Shown: positions 1 to 8,735 of the stretch, one piece after another
Position numbering within the stretch: the first letter of the stretch is position 1
Layout: each line of letters begins with the position of its first letter
Assembly (NCBI GenBank): GCA_965279515.1
Contig: CBDIID010000003.1
Span: forward strand, 640,001-704,000
Reading direction: 5' to 3'
Length of the DNA stretch: 64,000 bases
DNA from: Turneriella sp.
GTDB taxonomy: Bacteria; Spirochaetota; Leptospiria; Turneriellales; Turneriellaceae
Notes under the pieces: generated by a model
The model's input: only the letters and a program-made list of their open reading frames with translations
Told to the model about the DNA's origin: nothing
The model's database searches: none
Made by a program: the position numbers and the translations under genes

Positions 1-216
1 AAAAATGAACTACTGAGTCTCATGGATCGAAGCAAGTCAAGCCCGGCTATCGACACGACGTATTTTCCTGCGACAGTTGCATCCGCTTATTGGTCTTCGA
101 GTACCTATATTCCGTCTGGTGGTAATGGTGGTTGGTTCGTTGGCCTAAACAATGCATCGGGCAACGGCACTAAGACGGATAACAACTATGTGCGTTGCGT
201 GACGGACGGATCGTGA
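1..216 (+). CDS. DUF1566 (Lcl C-terminal/C-type lectin-like) domain protein, 3' end only
   Basis: Frame is open from base 1 (KNELLSLMD...). Motifs YWSSST, W.V.....G and YVRCV are typical of the DUF1566 C-terminus. Confidence 0.75.
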   Translation, partial: KNELLSLMDRSKSSPAIDTTYFPATVASAYWSSSTYIPSGGNGGWFVGLNNASGNGTKTDNNYVRCVTDGS

Positions 217-294
217 TGCATACACTGCGGGTCTAGCATCACCCAATTGGGGTATTGATGAACTACCTTAAATAGGTTATGTCGACACCATTGT

Positions 295-1326
295 ATGTTA
301 AAAAAGCACCTAACAAGCACCCCGGCTTTCATCTGCCTGATACTATTTTTTTCCTTATTACCTTTTGGCTCCATTGCCTCGGAGCCCGGTAATCAGAGGA
401 TAAAACGCAAGGTACTGCTACTGGATTTTCAGAATACGGCGAAGAATGCGAGCTATGATTATGTCAAAAAGCAAATCTCTGATAACATCAAAGCTGAGCT
501 GCAAAAAACAGATAAACTGATCCTCATCGATCAGAAAACTTTCGAAAAGCTACACCCCAATTTACTGATACCCAAGTTGACTCAGGCTGAAGCCGCCGAG
601 CTTGCCGAAGTTGCCGGCTGTGAAGCGGTGGTTATCGGCAAATTTCTCACGACGCCGAATCGTTTGCGGATACAAGCGCAACTTGTCGATGCGGTAACCG
701 GCGAGGTATTGCTTTCAGAAAAGGCCGAAGGTGAAATCGCCACGAAAGTTTCGGAAAGTATCGATCTGGTGGTGAAACCTCTCAGCACAGGCATGGACGA
801 AACAATACCGGCACTGGAATCCAGGCGCTCCCCCGCGGATGTTTCGGCGGCGTCAAAGTCGCGGGTTACCGCTTACGCGCATATTCTGGGCGGCTACTAC
901 TTCGCATCGGGTAATAGCGCAGCGTATTTCAATAATGGTTTTTCCGGAAAAGCGTCCGTCGCATTGCCCCTGGCAAAATACCTCGCACCGTATGCATCGG
1001 CGGGGGCTCTGCTTTATTCAGGCAAGACTGCATTCAACAATGGAGCCTTCTATTTCGCAGACGCCGGCCTTTCCGTACCTTTGCAATTATCAAACCGTTT
1101 CATCCTGATACCCTACATTGCCGCCGGCATTTTCGGCGGGAGTTTAACATCGGGCGCCACGTCGGCCAACCTACTCGCCCCGGCTTTCGACGCCGGACTC
1201 TATGCGACTTATTATTTCACGCAAAGATTAGGCCTAACAATTTCGGGGTCTGTTTTTTATGTTTTGGATAAGCCCAATGATTTAGTATTCACGGTCGTTT
1301 CGGCTGGATTGGGCTTAAGGTTTTGA
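295..1326 (+). CDS. Exported protein with CsgG/FlgO/TolB-N-like domain and C-terminal outer-membrane beta-barrel
   Basis: Signal peptide, LDFQN...GKF...RIQAQLVDAVTGEVL motif, alternating beta strands ending in terminal Phe (GLGLRF). Confidence 0.65.
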   Translation: MLKKHLTSTPAFICLILFFSLLPFGSIASEPGNQRIKRKVLLLDFQNTAKNASYDYVKKQISDNIKAELQKTDKLILIDQKTFEKLHPNLLIPKLTQAEAAELAEVAGCEAVVIGKFLTTPNRLRIQAQLVDAVTGEVLLSEKAEGEIATKVSESIDLVVKPLSTGMDETIPALESRRSPADVSAASKSRVTAYAHILGGYYFASGNSAAYFNNGFSGKASVALPLAKYLAPYASAGALLYSGKTAFNNGAFYFADAGLSVPLQLSNRFILIPYIAAGIFGGSLTSGATSANLLAPAFDAGLYATYYFTQRLGLTISGSVFYVLDKPNDLVFTVVSAGLGLRF

Positions 1327-1343
1327 TTAAGGAGATTCGCATC

Positions 1344-2303
1344 ATGAGAAATTTAACGAAAATAAACTTACTTGTCGTCGCCTTGGGTTTAGGGCCAGCG
1401 GCCTGTCAATACTCGGGCGATTTCCTAGCAAAATCAGCGGCAGGGGCGACGACATCAAGCACCTTTGGACAAGGCGGTCAAAATTGGACAACGCGAACTT
1501 TGCCGACCAGCAGCGGCTGGGTGTCGGTAACCTATGGTAATGGAACTTTTGTTGCCGTAGCAAGTGCCAGCACTGCGGCTGCGACCTCTCCTGACGGCAT
1601 AACATGGACTGCCCAAACATTACCCAGTAGCAGTAATTGGAATTCAGTAACCTACGGCAACGGTACCTTTGTCGCTGTAGCCGGAGGCCCCAGCACCACT
1701 GCTGCAACGTCGCCAGATGGTATTACGTGGACGCCACAAACGATGCCAAGCAGTCAAACTTGGGGCCATGTTGCATATGGCAATGGTACTTTCGTCGCGA
1801 TTGCTAATACGACCAGCGTTGCTGCGACTTCACCTGACGGGGCGACGTGGACCCCAAGAACTCTTTCTAGCAGTGCGCCGTGGGGCAACATGTTTTTTGG
1901 CAACGGTATTTTTGTTGCTATGGGTGGCACCGTTGCCGTAACTTCTGCCGATGGCATAAATTGGGCTTCGCAAACTCTGCCCGTCAACCTGTCAAAAGGT
2001 ACTTACGGAAACGGAATTTTCCTAATTGTAGCCAGTGGCTTTTTTTCATTTACTTCGCCAAGTAGCACTACTTGGACGGCGCGCAGCATGCCAAGCAATA
2101 GCAATTGGAATACCATTGCATACGGCAATAATACTTTCGTGGCTTTCGTCCCCAGTTCAAATATCGCGGCGACATCGGGTGATGGCATCACTTGGACCCT
2201 TAGAATGATGCCAAGCAGCAATAATTGGAATTCTGCGACCTATGGCAACGGAACTTTTGTTGTTCTTGGTGGCTCGGGTACCGTAGCGGCGACTTCACCA
2301 TGA
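1344..2303 (+). CDS. Lipoprotein with ~39-aa beta-propeller-type repeats
   Basis: RBS AAGGAG before ATG 1344, lipobox-like PAAC, about 7 repeats of WT..TLPSS..W.SVTYGNGTFVAV...A.SPDG. Confidence 0.75.
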   Translation: MRNLTKINLLVVALGLGPAACQYSGDFLAKSAAGATTSSTFGQGGQNWTTRTLPTSSGWVSVTYGNGTFVAVASASTAAATSPDGITWTAQTLPSSSNWNSVTYGNGTFVAVAGGPSTTAATSPDGITWTPQTMPSSQTWGHVAYGNGTFVAIANTTSVAATSPDGATWTPRTLSSSAPWGNMFFGNGIFVAMGGTVAVTSADGINWASQTLPVNLSKGTYGNGIFLIVASGFFSFTSPSSTTWTARSMPSNSNWNTIAYGNNTFVAFVPSSNIAATSGDGITWTLRMMPSSNNWNSATYGNGTFVVLGGSGTVAATSP

Positions 2304-2382
2304 GCGTGCCGGTACACTGGTTGCGCTGCGTCAATGGAAATTTCTCAATAAGTTAGAAAATTAAGAAAAGGAAGGTAAGTTT

Positions 2383-3177
2383 ATGAACATAATGAAGAAT
2401 ATTCTTTTAGTCGTGGGCGTTCTGGGCTTGGCGATAAGTCTTGGCGCAGCATCGGCTGCGAAAGGGAAAAACGTCGACAACAATAAAAAAAGCGAGAAGC
2501 CAGAGAGCGAAGTTCCGGTCGTTACACCTACAAGTGCTTCTTATCCGAAAAATATTCTGATTGCGATTCCTGAAGATGCTTCAGACAAACTATACGACAA
2601 CCAGACAAAAAAGATATCTTTAAATTTCAAAGTCATAGACCATGTTGAGGAACTGAGGATCCTACGCGAAGAAAAAGAATTAACCAAAGATCCTAAAAGC
2701 ACGGAAAAAAACATTTCGGACAAACGCCTGTATACTCTGAACAGGATAAATATCGAAAGAAATTATTTAGGCTGTTGGGGCTGGTCGGCCATCGCGCCCT
2801 GCATCGGCTCCCTAAATCTATCAGCGCATACATTTATGGACATACTTGGCTCGAAAGATAAGCAGGATATTTCAGCGCAACCTCAGATTTTTATTGATGG
2901 CAGCTTGCTAAACCTGGACCTTCTTTATACAACACAAAGCGTATGGCTCGGTTTTGGTGGTAGTGTTGGCACAAGTACTATTTCAAACGAAAAAGTGATC
3001 GTGTTCAAGGGAGGTATTGTGCTACAATCAGAAAACTTACGAGCTGAATTTGGCATTATGCATTTATCCGACGTATATTTCGAGAAAGATAACACGGGTG
3101 TATATTTCGGAATCGGTGTCCCGATAATCGGCTACGCAACCGCATTAAAAGAAAAATTGGCGAGTAAAGGACTTTGA
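2383..3177 (+). CDS. Hypothetical exported protein
   Basis: 264-aa ORF with RBS and N-terminal signal peptide. Confidence 0.6.
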   Translation: MNIMKNILLVVGVLGLAISLGAASAAKGKNVDNNKKSEKPESEVPVVTPTSASYPKNILIAIPEDASDKLYDNQTKKISLNFKVIDHVEELRILREEKELTKDPKSTEKNISDKRLYTLNRINIERNYLGCWGWSAIAPCIGSLNLSAHTFMDILGSKDKQDISAQPQIFIDGSLLNLDLLYTTQSVWLGFGGSVGTSTISNEKVIVFKGGIVLQSENLRAEFGIMHLSDVYFEKDNTGVYFGIGVPIIGYATALKEKLASKGL

Positions 3178-3273
3178 TTTGGTGAACCTCTGAAAAGCCC
3201 ATAAATAGACGCGGCGAGCCTCCCCCAATTGGGGTATGGACAGGTCACCAGAAATGGACTATCCAAACCCACC

Positions 3274-4746
3274 ATGAAGCCGAAAAAACTTGCCGCCTGC
3301 GCCCTGTTCATCGCTGCAGGCCACCTTCACGCCGCGCAAATCAACTTCACCTCGGGCACACCCGCCTTGGCTGCCGATGTGAACGCGAATTTTACGGAAC
3401 TTTATGGCTCAATGTGGATGAAGTCCGGTGCTGATTTAAGTTACAGTGCGGGGAATGTGGGGCTTGGGGTGGCGAGTCCGGGCTCTAAGTTGCATATCAC
3501 GCAGGCTGTGTCTGGCATAACCGGAGGTATGAGACTGACTGATGGGGTAGCGTCGTTAAATATGTATGGCTCTGGCGATGGGCATTTTCACCTTAATGCA
3601 GCAAGTGGCACAAGTCATATTATTCTTGCGGATACGGGCGGAAACATTGGCATCGGAACGGCGACACCGAGCAATAAACTCGAAATCGTCGGGGGTGGCA
3701 TCACTCTGCCCTATTCGACCATCCATACAGGTTCCATAAAGTTTACAAATTCAGGCGGGACTCCGGTTAATATTTTGGGCATCAAGAGCGCCGCTGATAT
3801 CTATTTGCGCAGCATTGACAATGGTGCTACCTCGGGCTTAGTCTTTCAGGATAGTGCAGGTGTAGATAGGGTTAAGTTCCAAAATGATGGTAATGTCGGT
3901 ATTGGTACGGCAACTCCAGGGGCGCAGTTGCACGTCAACGCATTAGCCGCCGGAGCGACCGGAATTACCAATGCCCGACAGAATGCGACAGCTTTCCTGC
4001 GCGGCTCGAATGGTGCATGGGGGCTTGCCATAGGGTCGATCGCCGCTACCAATGAAGCTTACTTGCAATCGATGGACGAAGTGCAAGGTAGTGGTCACGA
4101 TCTGCTTCTGAATCCATACAATGCCGGACGTGTGGGCATCCGCACAAACGCGATCACAACCACCTGCAACGCCAGCGCCACCCTATGCGTAAACGGTCAG
4201 GTTTGGTCGAATAGTACCCAACTCACCTCCGACGTCCGCTGGAAAAAAGACGTCTCGAAAATCCTTCTTAGCCCGGGATTTAAATCCGGGACTAAGGAGG
4301 GTTGGCACAAATTCCTCTCCCTCGCCCCATCGACCTATTACTGGCGCAAGAACGAGTTTCCTGATATGAACTTCGAAGACGGCAAGCAGTACGGTTTTAT
4401 TGCACAGAACGTGGAGCAAGCCTACCCGGAACTGATCAAAACGAATGGTGCTGGCTTCAAGAGCCTCAACTATTCAGGCTTGATTGCCATCAATACGTCC
4501 GCGATTCAGGAACTCAAGCGAGAGAAAGACGCGGAGATGGGGAAACTCACTTTCGCCCTTCGACAAGCTCAGGGCGACACTGCTGCTGCTCAGGCCGAAA
4601 ACAAAGCGCTGCGCGCCGAATTAGCCGAAACCAAGAAGAGCCTGTCCCGAGTAGCGCGGCGTATCGAGGTACAGGAAAAGGAAACCGCCCAACGCCTGTC
4701 TCGGCTGGAAAAGTTTTTGAGTGCTGGCATAGTGGCTCGGAGATGA
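3274..4746 (+). CDS. Secreted fibre-like protein with peptidase S74 intramolecular chaperone and coiled-coil C-terminus
   Basis: Signal peptide from ATG 3274, repeated GNVGIGT..P motifs, S74 signature SDVRWKK...YGFIAQNVE...PELI...LNYSGL. Confidence 0.8.
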   Translation: MKPKKLAACALFIAAGHLHAAQINFTSGTPALAADVNANFTELYGSMWMKSGADLSYSAGNVGLGVASPGSKLHITQAVSGITGGMRLTDGVASLNMYGSGDGHFHLNAASGTSHIILADTGGNIGIGTATPSNKLEIVGGGITLPYSTIHTGSIKFTNSGGTPVNILGIKSAADIYLRSIDNGATSGLVFQDSAGVDRVKFQNDGNVGIGTATPGAQLHVNALAAGATGITNARQNATAFLRGSNGAWGLAIGSIAATNEAYLQSMDEVQGSGHDLLLNPYNAGRVGIRTNAITTTCNASATLCVNGQVWSNSTQLTSDVRWKKDVSKILLSPGFKSGTKEGWHKFLSLAPSTYYWRKNEFPDMNFEDGKQYGFIAQNVEQAYPELIKTNGAGFKSLNYSGLIAINTSAIQELKREKDAEMGKLTFALRQAQGDTAAAQAENKALRAELAETKKSLSRVARRIEVQEKETAQRLSRLEKFLSAGIVARR

Positions 4747-4825
4747 GAGGTGAGCCTCTAGAAATCCCTAGTTTCCTGGTAGGCCAAAGGCCGTACCGAG
4801 AACTAAGGGAAAGTGGGGATAATAA

Positions 4826-5887
4826 ATGACTCGCTTTGCTGGCTATTCAATGCTAGCCGGTCTTTTCAACACCCCCGTCTTAGCCGGGCTGGTTCTTCAC
4901 TTCTCTCTTTTCCCCCTTGCCGCCGCACCCATGAAGGCGGGTATCATTACGCTCACGGGTGATGACGAGATCAAGACCGTTGGCGGTACCGAAAAGAAAC
5001 TCATTTTTCTGGACTTCTACAACGAATCTAACGATACAAATTTGCAATATCTATCGAATTCGATCGGCGATGCGGTCGATGCCGCAATTAAGGGGAAATA
5101 CCGCTACAAGGTAATTGCATCCGCCATCTGGAAAAAATACGCAGCCGGGCAAAAATGGAACGAACAGGACTTCTATCGTGTCAAAAAGATACGCGAGATG
5201 GGCAAGGCGCTGGGCGCCGACGGCGTCATCTATGGAAAGTACACTTCTAAAGAAGGTAATCTCGAAATTCAGGGCGCGATCTTTTCAGTGATCGACGGTG
5301 AAATCGTCGATGAACAAAAGGGAGCGACCCCCGTGAGCGCCGAGATGTTCGAGACGATCAATTTGGTTTCCGAAAACCTCGCCAAAAAGATCAAAGACTT
5401 GTTCGTGCCCTCTGACCGCGGCGCGCTCATGCGTTCACTGGTTTTTCCAGGTTGGGGGCACATGTACAAGCAGCGCCACAACTGGGGCTATGTCTGGGGC
5501 GGCGCGGCGGCGGCATCGCTTGCCTATACCGCGACGATGCTCACGCTGTTTATCATCTATAAGGCGAAGTACGCGCAGTCTTCGCCGCCTGTCTATACCA
5601 ACGCATCGGGGCAGACAGGTCTCTACGATCAGACCGCCGCGCAGGCGGAATTCGACCGTCTCGAAAACACCGGCAACCAGTTCGGGCAACTCACGCTGAT
5701 TGGTGTCGGTGTTTCGGCGGCGATCTACGTGGCGGCGTTTGTTCATGCTTGGCTCATCGCGCCCGATCTGGGCAACGTCACACAGCCGGGCACGGTGAGC
5801 GCGTTGCCGCTGCATTTCTCCATAGGCAGCGAGGCGTGGCAGACGGGCGGCACGCGAACCCGCTTTTCGTATGCGTTCAGATTCTAA
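4826..5887 (+). CDS. CsgG/FlgO-like domain plus DUF5683-like membrane domain protein
   Basis: LDFYN...GADGVIYGKY domain followed by RSLVFPGWGHMY and hydrophobic helices. Confidence 0.6.
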   Translation: MTRFAGYSMLAGLFNTPVLAGLVLHFSLFPLAAAPMKAGIITLTGDDEIKTVGGTEKKLIFLDFYNESNDTNLQYLSNSIGDAVDAAIKGKYRYKVIASAIWKKYAAGQKWNEQDFYRVKKIREMGKALGADGVIYGKYTSKEGNLEIQGAIFSVIDGEIVDEQKGATPVSAEMFETINLVSENLAKKIKDLFVPSDRGALMRSLVFPGWGHMYKQRHNWGYVWGGAAAASLAYTATMLTLFIIYKAKYAQSSPPVYTNASGQTGLYDQTAAQAEFDRLENTGNQFGQLTLIGVGVSAAIYVAAFVHAWLIAPDLGNVTQPGTVSALPLHFSIGSEAWQTGGTRTRFSYAFRF

Positions 5888-5896
5888 GGGAGATTT

Positions 5897-7009
5897 ATGG
5901 AAGCAAGACAAACATTTGCCGTAGCTGCCGCTATAACACTGGCGCTGCTCCCGGCGGCTTGCAAGATAAATAAAGACGCTAACTGCCTGAACCCGAAGGC
6001 GGGATGTTTCAAGAAGGATACGGAGCAGCCCACGATCGTTGACACAAATCCTATTTCTACAGCCACCATGGCTAATCCTACTCCGCAGAATTCTTTAAGC
6101 GTATTTACTTTAACTTTCTCCGAGCCTATGAAAAACGCAGACCAGAAGTCGAATTATCCGAGCCCAACCGGTTCAGGGTCAAACGGAATGACTATTGCGT
6201 CTGTCGAAAAAATTGACGAAAAGAACTCCCGTGTAAAGCTCTCGGGAAGCCCTGGTGCCGGCACGGTAGCATTGGATCTCAGCGCTTTAACCGATCTATC
6301 CGGTAATACTCTTACAAATCCAGTCATCAGTTTTCAGATCAATGGGATTACGTCTAACCATGATTTTGTGAGCGCCTCGGGATATACCACAGTCATACTC
6401 GATTGGAAAAACAATTCCATTTATCCGGTCAATTATCAGGTGAAATCCGGGGCGGATTGTTCCGGTGCCGTCCTCGCTGGTACGAATGTGGACAGTCTTG
6501 GGACACCGATTAATCCGCAAACCCAGGTCCTCACAACGTTGACTTTGGGAAATTTTACCAATGGTGTTATTTCGACAATTCGCGTATGTCAGACAACGGT
6601 CCCGGGTGGCACTTTGCTCGAATTGACGATCAATATCGGTCGCGATGACAGCGCACCAGCTACAACCCCGAGCCCGGCAACAACAACTGTCTTGGCTACG
6701 TCGACAGTTTTGCCATTTCCTGCAAATATTACTTTAGCTTGTACTAACAACTATGACCAAATTTCGTATACAATTAACAATACTGCTACGCCGGCTTTCC
6801 CGCCGCCAGTAGGTAACTTGTTCGTGGGCAGCGGGTTTACTTTACCCGTTCCAACGGCCTTAGGTGAAAGGGATCGAACAGTCCGGTACCGGTGCCTTGA
6901 CAAAGCCGGAAATGCCGAAATCGAAAAAACGTCATATTATCGGGCCGAACTGCAATGGGCTGATTCTGGCGGAAAGTCTGAAAACTGGGATTGGGCATAT
7001 TGGAAATAG
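5897..7009 (+). CDS. Lipoprotein with Ig-like domains
   Basis: Lipobox-like PAAC; TFSEPM...DLSGN (Ig-like) and YRCLDKAGNAE motifs. Confidence 0.7.
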   Translation: MEARQTFAVAAAITLALLPAACKINKDANCLNPKAGCFKKDTEQPTIVDTNPISTATMANPTPQNSLSVFTLTFSEPMKNADQKSNYPSPTGSGSNGMTIASVEKIDEKNSRVKLSGSPGAGTVALDLSALTDLSGNTLTNPVISFQINGITSNHDFVSASGYTTVILDWKNNSIYPVNYQVKSGADCSGAVLAGTNVDSLGTPINPQTQVLTTLTLGNFTNGVISTIRVCQTTVPGGTLLELTINIGRDDSAPATTPSPATTTVLATSTVLPFPANITLACTNNYDQISYTINNTATPAFPPPVGNLFVGSGFTLPVPTALGERDRTVRYRCLDKAGNAEIEKTSYYRAELQWADSGGKSENWDWAYWK

Positions 7010-7134
7010 GCCCACATTGCCCCAGAGGAAACGCTTAAATGGGCGTCTACCGATTATAGTTCCCGTTTTGCAATCCGGATGGCAATCATCTCCAGCCAGC
7101 AAATGTCGGTATCTTTTTTAAGAGTGCTGACGAA

Positions 7135-7407
7135 ATGGTTGTAGAAAAGCAGTCTCCGAAACCGAGAATCGTCTTTTCGGGTTTGATATTTCAAATCCAT
7201 CTAGCGCAAAACGAGGTCGTAATTTACCATCCGACGAATCTGCGGAAGCTGAGTGCGAGGCAAAAGCTAGAAATTAAAAGCCGCCGCTCGGGCGCACCAG
7301 TCGTAACGGTTAAGGTTGACCGGTTAAACTATACGAATGCGATTGCTTCTGTAGAATCGGGTTCTATTGAGCACATAGAAATAGCGGACTTGGTGTTGCT
7401 GTATTGA
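7135..7407 (+). CDS. Hypothetical protein
   Basis: 90-aa ORF in the same orientation as the upstream cluster; no recognised motif. Confidence 0.4.
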   Translation: MVVEKQSPKPRIVFSGLIFQIHLAQNEVVIYHPTNLRKLSARQKLEIKSRRSGAPVVTVKVDRLNYTNAIASVESGSIEHIEIADLVLLY

Positions 7408-7560
7408 TCAAAGCGATGCGGTGCTGTTGATACCCAAATTGCAAACTATTACTGAGGAGCTCAAAGCCTTGATGTAAAACAGCGTCAACTGCGATGATCT
7501 GCTGTCCCAAGCCTTCGGATCGATGACTTGGATGATTCGTTGGCGAATCTCATCTATGTG

Positions 7561-7585
7561 CGGGTTCGATTCCCCGACGGGGTCA
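7561..7585 (+). other. tRNA 3'-end-like fragment (T-arm plus acceptor strand), possible att scar
   Basis: CGGGTTCGATTCCCCGACGGGGTCA resembles the 3' end of the tRNA-Glu in this window (GGGGTTCGATTCCCCTAGGGGACG); no D or anticodon arm upstream. Confidence 0.45.
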
Positions 7586-7601
7586 GTGACTTATTGACCT
7601 A

Positions 7602-7655
7602 AAACAATAAAAAAGCCCAAAGATGAACCAATGAAATCAAGGGTTCACCTTTGGG
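7602..7655 (-). terminator. Rho-independent terminator, probably the one that served the tRNA operon before integration
   Basis: 14-bp stem CCCAAAGATGAACC / GGTTCACCTTTGGG (one mismatch), followed on the minus strand by CTTTTTTATTGTTT. Confidence 0.6.
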
Positions 7656-7666
7656 TCTCCTATGCG
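7641..7666 (+). repeat. Left att direct repeat (26 bp)
   Basis: GGGTTCACCTTTGGGTCTCCTATGCG is identical to 59404-59429. Confidence 0.9.
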
Positions 7667-7775
7667 CCCGTGAGGCACCCGCCGGTGAACCTGAGTGGCA
7701 GATTGAGGCTGCTTTGTAAGGTCGCCGCAGCGTAAAAGGGTGAACATTACGCTTTTTGGAAATGACAGCGATGGA

Positions 7776-8729
7776 TCAATCCGGCTCGTGTTCGATTGTC
7801 GCATATAATTTCAGATCGGTTAGTGCATTCTGCCGGTAGCTAAGCTTTAAATGGTTAAATCCGCGTGCAGGCTCTTTGCGTTGATTCGCGGAGATCGGCG
7901 CAAGCCAGTTATTGAATCGGTTATGTAACTGATCTGTGGGGTTTAAATCGTGATTCCTAAGGCAATCTAAAATTTGTTCCCATTTATTGTCGAGTGGATA
8001 AAATTCCAACCCAAATTCGGAACTCTCTGAATTTACTGGGATAATAATATTGAGAAATGTCTCACAATCAGGTTTGATATCGGCGATTAAATCTGAAAAG
8101 CTTTTGAACTGGCACTCCGGGAAGTATTCGCCGAGAGCCCGTTTTAAGTCGTCAAAATCAAGAGACAGGATACATCGAATTTCAGATTTTGTGCCGCGCG
8201 AAAGCATTAGACTGATATAATGCATATCGCACTCCAGCTTGAGAGCAGAATTGAAAATGGTGATCATTTTCTCTCTCTGTGAGTCTGTTATTTCGAAATG
8301 CGTTGATATTTGCCTGATAATCTGCTCAAACTCCTGAACATCCGTATCGTGAACCGCATAATGAAGCGAAGGAGCCTCAATCTGAATGTTTTCAGTGAAA
8401 TCAAACTCCCAACTGAGAGCATTGACTGCTTCAAAATTCTCATCTGTGTACCATTGATCGGTGAGAGCAAGTACTTGTTCCCATTTTTGAGTCGTAAATC
8501 GCTTTCTGTAGTCTGTTAAAAGATCACTGTTCCAGTTTTGTTCCGAACGCAGGTAGACAATGATCATATCAAGCGTCGTTTTGGCATTGTGCAGTTCGAA
8601 GTATGTAACGGGACTTTCTGGCAGCCATGGGGCTATTTTCGTAAAGAATGCTTTATTTTGATCGGTTTCGAAAAAACTTGCCAACCCAGCCAAATATGGT
8701 TGAGTTTGTGTGAATAGCGTATGTTTCAT
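7776..8729 (-). CDS. Hypothetical protein (weak resemblance to ABBA/PT-barrel-like families)
   Basis: 317-aa ORF, last gene of the operon; motifs WEFD, LMLSR, GLEF, HLKL...KLY. Confidence 0.55.
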   Translation of the reverse strand: MKHTLFTQTQPYLAGLASFFETDQNKAFFTKIAPWLPESPVTYFELHNAKTTLDMIIVYLRSEQNWNSDLLTDYRKRFTTQKWEQVLALTDQWYTDENFEAVNALSWEFDFTENIQIEAPSLHYAVHDTDVQEFEQIIRQISTHFEITDSQREKMITIFNSALKLECDMHYISLMLSRGTKSEIRCILSLDFDDLKRALGEYFPECQFKSFSDLIADIKPDCETFLNIIIPVNSESSEFGLEFYPLDNKWEQILDCLRNHDLNPTDQLHNRFNNWLAPISANQRKEPARGFNHLKLSYRQNALTDLKLYATIEHEPD

Positions 8730-8735
8730 TTTCGA

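Noticed and set aside
1..216. DUF1566 C-terminus as a diversity-generating retroelement target
   Set aside because: No template repeat or reverse transcriptase seen in the window.
1480..2300. Regularly spaced repeats resembling a CRISPR array
   Set aside because: They are degenerate in-frame protein repeats; no constant repeat with unique spacers and no cas genes.
3274..4746. Prophage tail region
   Set aside because: The fibre protein has a signal peptide and there are no other virion genes nearby.
7490..7590. Complete tRNA gene on the + strand
   Set aside because: Only a T-arm/acceptor-like 3' part is present; no cloverleaf forms.
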